DNA of 63,529 nt, filler included, from Saprolegnia diclina VS20 (taxonomy: Eukaryota): NCBI RefSeq assembly GCF_000281045.1. It is 6 parts of 4 records of this genome, joined end to end, with 100 filler letters (N's around TTAATTAATTAA, not from the genome) between each part and the next. Parts side by side here need not be neighbours in the genome. Positions count along the whole stretch, not along the records: positions 1 to 28,757 come from NW_008246088.1; positions 28,858 to 56,638 come from NW_008246089.1; 4 more parts are not named here. One strand, given 5' to 3'. Of the stretch, positions 23,867 through 33,484 are shown in pieces (position 1 is the stretch's first letter; the number at the start of each line of letters is the position of its first letter). A program made the translations under genes and the position numbers. The notes below the pieces were generated by a model. It saw only the letters and a program-made list of their open reading frames with translations. It was not told where the DNA came from and made no database searches.

Positions 23867-25674
23867 ATGAAGATTTACGCCTCGCTCCTTGCTGTTGCCG
23901 GTCTCGCGACCGCGCTCGAGATCCCCAAGCACACGTACAAGTGCGTTGACGGCATTTGCGTCCAGTCGCCAATTGCCGAACGTGGCGTCACCCCCGGCGC
24001 CCTTGGCCTCCGCATGTGCGAAATGACGTGCGGTGCCGGCAGCCTCTGGCCGTACCCGTCGACCATCTCGCTCGGGTCGGCGGTCCAAGCCATCAACCTC
24101 AACGCTGTCTCGGTGCAGATCAACGGCGCCGAGTCGGCGTCGCGTCTCACGGGTGCGATTGGCAAGGCGTTCACCGAATCGGTGCTGGCCAAGGGCCGCA
24201 CGGCCGGCGCGTCGACCGAGTCGATTGGCCGCGGCGAAGGGCTCGTCATCACGGCGACGATCGCGTCGTCGACTGAGGCGCTCTCGACCGAGACAGACGA
24301 GTCGTACGAGCTCTCGATCGATGGACCCAAGGTCAAGATCAATGCGGCGACGGTGTATGGCTACCGCCACGCGCTCACGACGCTCAACCAGTTGATTGAT
24401 TACGACGACATTTCCGACTCGGTCAAGATCGTCAACAAGGTCAGCATCAAGGACAAGCCGGCGTACAGCCACCGCGGCATCGTGCTCGATACGTCGCGCA
24501 ACTACTTTTCGATCGAGTCGCTCCGCCGCCTCATCGACACGATGGCGGCCAACAAGCTCAACACGTTCCATTGGCACTTTTCCGACTCGGGGAGCTTCCC
24601 GATGGAGCTCACAAGCGAGCCGCGCCTGACGATGTATGGCGCGTACAGCCGTGACCAGATCTACACGCTCGATCAGGTCCGAGAGCTGGTGCAGTTTGCC
24701 AAGTCGCGTGGTGTGCGCATCATCCCGGAGCTCGACGTGCCGTCGCATGCCGGTGCCGGCTGGCAGTGGGGCCCCAAGGCTGGCTACGGCGAGCTCACGC
24801 TCTGCTATGGCTCGGACCCGTGGATGAACTACTGCGTCCAACCGCCGTGCGGTCAGCTCAACCCGCTCAACGCGCACGTCTACGACATTCTGAAAACGTA
24901 CGGCGATGCTTGAAACCGTCACCTGATGTTTTGTACCATGTGGATAGGGTCTTTGCCGAGCTCCACAGCATCTTTGACGACGAAGTCTTCCACATGGGCG
25001 GCGACGAAGTCTCGGTGGCGTGCTGGAACTCGACCAAGACGATCACGGACCACATCAAGGACACGAGCACGAACGCGCCGTTCTTTGAACTCTGGGGCGA
25101 CTTCCAGCTCAAGGCCGGCGAGTATGTGGAGAAGGCCAACAAGAAGATCATGGTGTGGACGAGCGACCTCACGACGGACTCGTACCTCAAATACTTCAAG
25201 CCCAAGAACACGATCGTGCAGCTCTGGGGCGCCGCCACGGACGGTGACGCCGCGCGCCTCACGTCCAAGGGCTTCTCGGTCGTTGCGAGTTACTACGACA
25301 CCCACTACTTGGACTGCGGCTTTGGCGGCTGGGTCTCCAAGGGCAACGGCTGGTGCGCGCCGTACAAGTCGTGGCAGGTGATTTACGACCTCGACGTGCG
25401 CGCCAACCTCACGGAAGCCAGCGCCAAGCTCATGCTCGGCTCCGAGGTCGTCATGTGGTCCGAGATCGCCGGCGACCGCGCTGTGGAAGCCAAGATCTGG
25501 CCCCGCGCCGCCGCGCTCGCCGAGCGTCTCTGGACCAACCCCAAGACCAACTGGAAGAACGCGATGAGCCGCATGCGCATCCAGCGCGACCGCATTGCGG
25601 ACGCCGGCATCAACGCGGACGGCGTGCACCCGCTCTGGTGCCGCCAGAACCCGGGCAAGTGCACGCTGATCTAA
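23867..25674 (+). CDS. Secreted GH20 beta-N-acetylhexosaminidase, copy 2
   Basis: Signal peptide; HRGIVLDTSRN, HMGGDE, IWPRAAALAERLW; a single intron at ~24898-24947. Confidence 0.95.
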
Positions 25675-26399
25675 GCCGTTTCGCCGTCGTCGACCCATCA
25701 TCATCCATGCTTGCAGCGCAGTTTCATCTTGTCAATGTCAATCAATATCTGTCAATTGCACGCTGCTACAAATGTGCTTCTTGTTTGTTCGCCATTGATT
25801 TGGTTTAGACGGTTGGCCCCGGTCCAATCTCGCCGGGCTGATTTTTATGGGCGTGGACCAGCCTCCGAAAGAGTTAATTTATCCGAAAGAGCTAGCCATC
25901 GTGCCATCGCAGCGTTCACTCTGCTCCGTGCTTCACCAAAGGTGTGCAGACAATACTAGTACTCCCCAGCATTCTCGCGTTAAAGGGTTAATCAGCATCC
26001 ATCCATAATCATAAATCGCAATAGAGAGTGAACGGGATGCTACAGGCATCGGCAGAGTGTCCACGGATCATTTTTGCACGTTATACTGGTCCGAAGACAC
26101 CGCAAAAGCGGCTCGGCGTTTCGCACCAGGTGGTGATCGTCATATTCACGTTATCACGTTGTTTCTGTGGACTAGTCCCGCGTGCAGCGTTCATCATACC
26201 CGCTGCTTGATCACTCACCACGGTGGCCAAGCGACGATTACTGTATACGCCTCTCTTTCGCGTATTTACCCCACATTCCGGTATTTCGGGCATTTGCGTT
26301 TTTAATTTCGCAACATACTCAAACCAATATACTGGAGCGCACTAGAGAGCGTCTGATTGGCTACAATGGTCATTTTTGTATTTCTTTTGAAGTTACGGT

Positions 26400-27160
26400 T
26401 CAAATACCGGAATTTGCATACGTCGTCTCACTTGCTGGAAGTCTGCTAACCACAGTTCTCCCCGTGATCACGTTGGATGTGTCGTCTTCGTCGCTGGACG
26501 CCAGGAGCCCTCTCGGTACTGCCGTAGTCCGTAGGCTGCTCTTGTCGCGATGTGATGGTCGACGATTGGAAAGCTCTTCACTGGCAAACATATAGCGACG
26601 ACGAAGATACTGTACGCAAGCGGCTCAACAGCGCGTCACGTACAGTGCGCGCTGCTGTCCTTGCGGCTACCTCGTTTGGACGCGTCGGCTCATTGGACAT
26701 CTTGTGGCAAACGTTGAGTGCGTCCGTCATTTCCTCCACGGAGTGCTCCGCGGTTGGCTTTTTTAGGGCGCATGGGGTGTTTTGGTTGCTGCAAAGCCGT
26801 GAAATGAAGCTACTGAATTCTGCATCGATTGCCTTGCTTGGCAAGAGCTACGGGCCAGAGGCGGATAGACTATGCATGACACGCCGCGGACGGCCGCGCA
26901 AAATTTCAATGGAAAGGCGGTGCTGAGTTGTGCACGGAGCCTGATCAGGCGTCGGTCATACGATGTGCGCCTGTCTAGGCGGCCCGTCCGACGTCCGTTG
27001 CGCTCGGCAGCTGGCGGCTCGCAGGGACCGTCGTGTTGCGTCCTCGCCATAGTAATCCAACCCGCGAGCATCCATCGTCTTGGTATTTGCATCGCACCCA
27101 TCGCGGCCGCCGTCGGATGTCGTCTCTTCGACCGTGCGCGTCAGCCAGTTTAGTCAAGGA
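26400..27160 (-). pseudogene. Possible decayed non-LTR (L1-like) reverse transcriptase relic
   Basis: Fragmented frames give SVEEMTDALNVCHKMSNEPTRPNE..LLSRL and RDKSSLR..GLLASSD..VVSRLP, loosely resembling the pre-RT ITxEEI..K.PGPDG and NYRPIxLLNxDYK segments; many stops. Confidence 0.3.
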
Positions 27161-27487
27161 ATCCCACCTTGCACCCGAGTAAAGACGAGACCAATCCAGT
27201 CCACCATGCTTGCTCGTACACCCAGTGCGTGGCTATGGCACCGTTGATCGGAAGTGGTGTCGTTCACGGTGTCGTATCTCTCGAAACGCGAGCACCCAAA
27301 GTGGCGTCATACCTAGCATCAAGAATTAGCATCAAGGTGTGGTCCAGCTATTAGAACGAGTTGTAGAGTATGTCAAATGCTAGTAGGACGAGGCAAAGAC
27401 GTTGCTATTGTTCGGTTTCGTTATATAATCCCCGGCTTCGATACGACTATGCTACTAAGAGTACAAGAGTGCCGCTACATTTTATGG

Positions 27488-28036
27488 CTAAATTTCTATT
27501 GTTGTCGGTGGTGCCGGGTTGACAAAGGTCGCGACGGCGAGAATAAGTTCGAGGATACCATCGTCCATCCACGCATCGTCGTCGATGATCTCGATGCTTT
27601 CGCAGTGCATTCGAGTCGCGCCGCTCGGCAGCTTTGGGGACGACGTCGGCGTCGGCGCCATTGTGCGTTGGGCAGCGTGGCGGTGGCAGTAGCCACCACT
27701 GCGGGCATGGGACTTGCACCCGCGCACGGAGCACGGTCGGCCGCCGCCGTGCCGCACACAGCGACCCTTGGTGCGCGCAAAGCTGCCGCACCCCGGCTCG
27801 GTGCAGAGCGACTTGTGGTCTGTCGAGAGGTGTTTGGCGCAGAAGCCGTGGGCGCGGGCGTTGGCGCTGCAGCCGTCTTGGAGGCAGCTCGTTTGGCCAC
27901 CATGACGCACGCAGCGACTCCGCGCGTACGCTTGGTTGGCGCAGCCCGACACCTCGCACGGCGTCCGGTGCTTGTGGCGCTCGCATTTGGTCGTGCCGGG
28001 CAGCGGCGGCAGATTGCACTGGTGAAAGAGGCACAT
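27488..28036 (-). CDS. WRKY19-like Cys3His zinc-finger repeat protein, second copy
   Basis: MCLFHQC..LPGTTKCERHK..CANQAYARSRCVRHGG..CKSHARSGGYCHRH; collinear with 842-1450. Confidence 0.8.
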   Translation of the reverse strand: MCLFHQCNLPPLPGTTKCERHKHRTPCEVSGCANQAYARSRCVRHGGQTSCLQDGCSANARAHGFCAKHLSTDHKSLCTEPGCGSFARTKGRCVRHGGGRPCSVRGCKSHARSGGYCHRHAAQRTMAPTPTSSPKLPSGATRMHCESIEIIDDDAWMDDGILELILAVATFVNPAPPTTIEI

Positions 28037-28757
28037 TATGTTGCGAGAGAGATCCGCGAGGGCAAAAGCAAACTGATGTGTCGCTGATGGAGAGCGAGAG
28101 GAATGAATGATCATCGCGCATCGCCGTCACGCGTGTGTGACACGGTCCAGCTGGCACCGCCGCATTCAACGATGAGTCACGAAGCGGGCGCGTCACGGGC
28201 GGCATACCGATGTGCGGCCAACGCTCCACCCGCGTGCCTGGCCAAAAATGAAGTATTCACTCGATAGTATAGTCAAGGCAGTACGATTTGGACGCGAAAT
28301 ACTGTAGGCAGTTGGCGTGAACCAATGTTGCTGCCTTCTTGTCTCTGCGCCAAGTGCATCGGGACGTTGCAATTGCGCGGCAGCCGCTGAGGGTGGTGGC
28401 TACTCGCCGCCGAGAAGCGGCCGCCGCCACGTAAGACGCTCGATTAGTTGCTGGTCCGCATACACCGCAAACGACGCGTGTCCATCTCGCAGCAAGCGTT
28501 TTGATAACCAAGCTATTCAAGCCATTCAGGGGCGCTCTACCTCGGTCGAGGAGCTGTACGAGTCAACGTACAAACCCAAGTACTGTAGATGTTGAGAATA
28601 TCCTCAGGGCAACAGCAGGTGCCACGATGCCGTTGGTCGAGGACTGACGTCAAGGACAAAAATGAGGCCAATCCAACCACGAAAGCAGTCGCGCGTCACT
28701 CGACTCGCCCTGCAAGCCAGTGAATACATCGCTCGTCACTAATCAGCATCGCCTGAG

Positions 28758-28857
28758 NNNNNNNNNNNNNNNNNNNNNNNNNNNNNNNNNNNNNNNNNNN
28801 NTTAATTAATTAANNNNNNNNNNNNNNNNNNNNNNNNNNNNNNNNNNNNNNNNNNNN
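28758..28857. other. Assembly gap with synthetic TTAATTAATTAA six-frame-stop spacer
   Basis: N44-TTAATTAATTAA-N44, identical to the other four gaps. Confidence 0.98.
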
Positions 28858-29598
28858 ATCGTCATGAAACTTTGCAGAGTGCTTCCTTGGGCTCCAAAAG
28901 AGCCAATTCCAATCAGATAGGGCCTAGAGATGTCTAGAACGTGTTCAAATAGGACGTACAATTGCTACCTTCTTGCGTGCTCTTTCAATGGGTAAGAATG
29001 AAGCAAATTTGGTGCGTAGTGCGTGAACATTGGTGACATGGGGCTCACATAGTGTGGTTTGATGTTGAATGATAAATAGGATCATTTAATGATGGAATAT
29101 TTCTCGAGTTGATGTATGCATGAGTGTGGTAAGAGGGTGGTCAGACCGGTCGTATAGCTCAGTCGGTTGAGCGCAGTGCTAATAACGCTGTGGTCCTGGG
29201 TTCGAGCCCCAGTATGACCAATCTTTTGATCTTTTCATACTCCCATCACCAACGATGCTAGCGCTCTTTTTATCACCCTATATACTTCTTCGTCCCTCTG
29301 ACATATGCACGGTATATTTTACTCGATCAGAGAGCTTCGACAAATGCATCGATTGGTCGACAAAAATGTCGTTAGAAAGTCGACAAGAAAGCGCCCAACG
29401 AGGCCAGAAATCGCCCCCCCGGGCCCAATTTTTTTGTTTTCGTCACTCATGCAACCAAATAAAGTCATGTATAGCATTTTTTCAATTTTTCATTTTTTGC
29501 CGATTTTGGTCAGAACTCGGCCGTGGTCAGCGAGGTGACCGTGGTGGCTTTAGAAAAAATATCCCAATCGTCATGAAACTTTGCAGAGTGCTTCCTTG
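28858..29598 (+). repeat. 32-bp direct repeats (28858-28889 and 29567-29598) flanking tRNA-Ile
   Basis: ATCGTCATGAAACTTTGCAGAGTGCTTCCTTG occurs identically at both positions, 709 bp apart. Confidence 0.85.
29148..29220 (+). tRNA. tRNA-Ile (anticodon AAU)
   Basis: Acceptor stem GGTCGTA/TATGACC, A box TAGCTCAGTCGG, anticodon arm CAGTG-CTAATAA-CGCTG, B box GGTTCGAGCC, downstream TTTT. Confidence 0.95.
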
Positions 29599-29599
29599 T

Positions 29600-30196
29600 A
29601 CATGCATTTGAATGGGTAGCCGATTCTTTTGCTGATACACTTTTGCCTGTTCGTCCTCACTAATTTGACGAGCGCGATAAAAGTCGGTGGGTGCCTGTTT
29701 TTTTGTCATCCTGAGTACCTTGCCAAATTTACCGTGACCAGAGCTATGAAGTCTCGCGCCATGCTTTTCAGTCTACCTTGCACCAATGCATGAGTATGCG
29801 GCCCAAGGGGTTCCTGGAACGTCCGTCTTAATGACGTCTAGTGCCACAACCATCTTTCGGAGAAGAAGCATGAACGACGCCAACACGCGATGCGGAAGTC
29901 GCTCCAATTCGAACTTCGCAAAAACTCGAGAATGGGCACTAAGGTCTTCGTCGCAAAACAAAGTTTGAGAACAAGAAAGCGAACCCGTCGTCGTGGATCT
30001 CTGGTGACACTGTCGCAATACCATCGCCAAATCCGCAAACACGTCTTCTGCAAAGGACACACACGGTTCTGCAGTGACGCTCAACTATAACGCAACAACC
30101 ATACTGAGCTTGCGTTCAGAGATGCAGGGCCCAAAGCGAATTGAGATCACCCTTGCTTGACCCCTGAGCAAACTCGGCATCGGGATCTCGTGCATG
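29600..30196 (-). CDS. Hypothetical gene fragment running into the repeat
   Basis: Coding-like frames SVTAEPCVSFAEDVFADLAMVLRQCH..RLPHRVLASFMLLLRKM and VLRMTKKQAPTDFYRARQ, separated by a GT-AG candidate intron; boundaries uncertain. Confidence 0.3.
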
Positions 30197-30256
30197 ATCA
30201 CGTGCCGGTGCAGCTGGCATCGTAACAATGTCGTATTACAATTGTTTGGCCGCAGC

Positions 30257-31251
30257 TTAGATCGACGGAATACCAGCCGCACGCAGCCGCGCCTCCAACG
30301 ATTGGAACTCCTTCTCGTTGATTTCGTTGAGCTCTTCATCCACGACTTCGAGGATACCTTGCACTTCCGGGATGTAGTGCATAAGCATGTTTTCGACACC
30401 ATTCTTGAGCGTCACAGACGAGCTCGGGCAGCCCGCGCACGAGCCCGCAAGCTGGACACTGACGATCCCCGTCTCTTCGTCAAAGCCCCTACGTATCGGT
30501 GCTTGAGTGCGTTAGATATGTGTGCGGTCACCGACTTGTAAAAAATATCACCACCGTCGTCCTGGACGGCCGGGCGAATGCGGGTCTCAAGGAGCTCCTT
30601 GATCATGGCAACGACTTCGTCGTCGTCGTCCAAGATTGTCGTGTCCTAATAAACGAGCGTGATGATGCAATCGACGAGCGAGGTGCACCGTAATGACCGG
30701 CTTGTCCGACATGATGGGCTTGCCCGTCGCGTAAAAGTCCATGATGGTCGCGAAAATTTGGCCGCGCAAGAGCTACGGACATGTGAGATTTGTGCCACGC
30801 CAGCACGACGCATTACATCCCAGTCTTCATCTTCGGTCTTCGTCACCGAGATGAAGTCCTTGCCAAAGAAGACGCGCGTGACGCCGTGGATCGTGAAGAG
30901 CTCCTTCGCGAGCAACGACTGGCGCACTTCGGGCGACTTGGGCGTAAAGTCAACACCCGTCGTGAAGCGCTCGTCAAGCACGGCGCGACCCGGAAGAAAC
31001 TTGATGCTGTGCGGGTTGGGCGTGTTCTCCGTCTGGATAAACATCGAGCGCGAGGGCACTACTCGCAAGAACCAGATGGGTCAAGGGTGGAGGAAGCCAT
31101 GGCACGTACCGGCAAAGACAGCAGTCATGCGCGGCTTTACGATCGGTCGCATCGAGTGGAAGCTCATGGCCATGGCGCCGTGGGTGGGCGCGCGCGCAGC
31201 AATTGCAGCGCGCTGCGAGAGCGAGACAAGGCGACGGACAGCGCGGCTCAT
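30257..31251 (-). CDS. NFU1: Mitochondrial Fe-S cluster scaffold NFU1
   Basis: Arg-rich presequence; [69 protein letters not shown] (CxxC); four introns. Confidence 0.95.
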
Positions 31252-31638
31252 GGACGTCCACAGCAAACGGCAAAATCGAAATGGCCACGTGCCATTGGCT
31301 CCTGGACCTCATCGTGCGTTGATTGGACAAAATACCTGCCCGAAGAAACCTCCAGAATTCCCAACAAACGCCAACCCCATCAACGACCTTCCTCCAGTCT
31401 TCTGCAATGTATTTCTACTTACCTGAATCAAAGCCCCCTGGACAATGCCACGTCTGTTGCCGAGCGTAGCAACACAGAAGGGGCTCAATTGGAATGGCGC
31501 AGACGCAATAGGAATAGCACTAGACCTCGTTTCGCACTCGCCATTCGAGTCACGATCTACTGGTACTGGAGGCCAACGACAACGGACGCAATGGAGGGCG
31601 GCGCGTGCTTACGATACCTTAGAGAATAAACGCAGCAC

Positions 31639-31881
31639 TTAGTTGATATCGTCGTCGTCAAAGTCGTCCCCAAAGTCTACACATGATCGTGAGGACGGAT
31701 GCGGATCGGGATATTTACCGTTGAAGAAGTGCTGGTGCACGAGCAAGTCGGCGCGCGGGTTGTAGCCCATGTCGACGTCGGGGTCCATTGGTTGCATTTC
31801 GCCTTCCAGCTGCATCTCGAGCGCCGGGTGGTGCCCCGGGACGGGCGGCTGCCGCGTGGCTGAGCGAGGTGGCGAATCCAT
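31639..31881 (-). CDS. COPS9: COP9 signalosome subunit 9 (CSNAP/MYEOV2)
   Basis: Removing the in-frame 42-nt GT-AG intron 31677-31718 gives the C-terminus VHQHFFNDFGDDFDDDDIN, matching the CSN9 F/D-rich signature (HADFFNDFEDLFDDDDIQ). Confidence 0.85.
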   Translation of the reverse strand: MDSPPRSATRQPPVPGHHPALEMQLEGEMQPMDPDVDMGYNPRADLLVHQHFFNGKYPDPHPSSRSCVDFGDDFDDDDIN

Positions 31882-32054
31882 GTTTTGTTTTGTTTGCGGT
31901 TGAATATTGCCGCGCTTGTATGGTATACAAAACCTAGCTTTTTCGGGGAAATTAACGCTACAAGATTTATATAAGAATGATGCAGTCTAACGACCACCTG
32001 AAAAACAATGACGTCACATAGCATAATTCTGGGAGTCGACGGCCGCCGAGCGAG

Positions 32055-33053
32055 ATGCCCATCCTTACCTTCATCGCACGCGTCTCCGATGGCATGATCC
32101 TCGTGCGTCGATCCCGTCTTCATGGACCGCTGGCGCTCATGCCTGGACTAGGTGGCCTCGATGGAGTCCACGGGCGACTACCACGACAACCTTGACACGT
32201 ACAAGCAGCAGGTACTACACGCCGCTGCCAGTTGTCGCCCACGCGGTTTGCATGATAGGGCAAGCAAATCATGAAGAAGCTCAACCAGCGGTCACCGACC
32301 AAGTGCAGTATCGAGTCGGGCCCGTACTGCTTCCAGTACGACCGCGATCATGCGGAGCCAAGGCTAATCTCGACACTAGCTACCTCATCGAGGAGGGCAA
32401 CTGCTACCTTACGTTTTCGGACAAGAACTACCCGAAGCGCCTTGCGTTTTTGTACCTGGAGGAAATCCATGCTGGTTTTGTCGACGAGCTGCAGCGGGAC
32501 CACGGAGACAAGTACAACCGACCGATCCATGCGAGCAGGAAGCTCACGCGTGCACTTAGCTGGCGAGACACGGTCACGACAATTGCGCGGCCGTATGCGT
32601 TCATCAAGTTTGGTACGTAGTTGACTCATTCTTCACGAACGTCACCAATTTTGCATAGACAAGTTCATCCAGCGCAAACGCAAGGAGTACACGGACCCCA
32701 GCTCCTCCCAGAACATGTCCAAGGTCAACAACGACCTCGCAGATATCCACAACGTCATGCGCAAGAACATCCAAGAAGTGCTCAACCGCGGCGAAGCCAT
32801 TGACCGTATCATATCTACCGTTGTATGCGCCAGCATCATCTTGCTACGTGTAGGCGTCTCACAAATGTCGTCCAACCTTGCGGACCGCTCGAAGGACTTC
32901 AAGTGGGGCGCCAAGAAGCTGAGCCTTCAGGTACGGTCGCTCGATGCAACGCAAGGTCGATTCACCTCGTCGTAGGCCATGTACCAAAAGTACGGCCCAC
33001 TGGTCGCGATCGGTCTCTTCATCGTGCTCGTACTCTACTTCAAGTTCTTTTAA
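32055..33053 (+). CDS. SEC22: Longin R-SNARE SEC22
   Basis: MPILTFIARVSDGM, YPKRLAFLYLEEI, ARPYAFIKFD, MRKNIQEVLNRGE, C-terminal TM; about seven short introns. Confidence 0.93.
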
Positions 33054-33088
33054 AGGACACAAGAGCAAACCATCGACGACTAGACTCA

Positions 33089-33446
33089 CTAACGTATCAC
33101 AAAACCCGATGATCGTATAAGGACGAAGGCTACTTGCTCAGTGTTGCTAGTACTTGGCCACGTGCGCGACCATTGTTCACAACGGCTTGGTGCGTGACGG
33201 CTTGCGGAGCATGCCAGCCGGTTGGTGCACACGGGCGCCGAACGCGACGTCCTTGGCCTCAACAAGGTCCGACCCGCGGTGCTGCGCCGCCTGGGTGGCA
33301 AGGTGCGCGAGCTCATGGGCGTACTCGAGCGCCATTTCCCGCAAGATGACCTCGACCTGCGGGCTCAAGGCCGCAGCATCGCGTCCGCATCGGGCCGCCA
33401 CGATCTCGTTCCAACGCTGCATTCGAGGCTTTTCGAGCACAATCAT
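33089..33446 (-). CDS. TAF12-like histone-fold protein (divergent)
   Basis: LSPQVEVILREMALEYAHELAHLATQAAQHRGSDLVEAKDV resembles TAF12 LDxDVEE.L..IADDF......ACxLAxHRKSxxLExKDV; 3' end (33177 or spliced to 33089) uncertain. Confidence 0.6.
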
Positions 33447-33484
33447 TATATCGAGCAATTTGCAGCAAAATAGAAAACAACCAA

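Noticed and set aside
28802..28813. Palindromic TTAATTAATTAA recurring five times
   Set aside because: Always centred in a 100-nt N gap; it is an artificial six-frame-stop contig linker, not a biological repeat.
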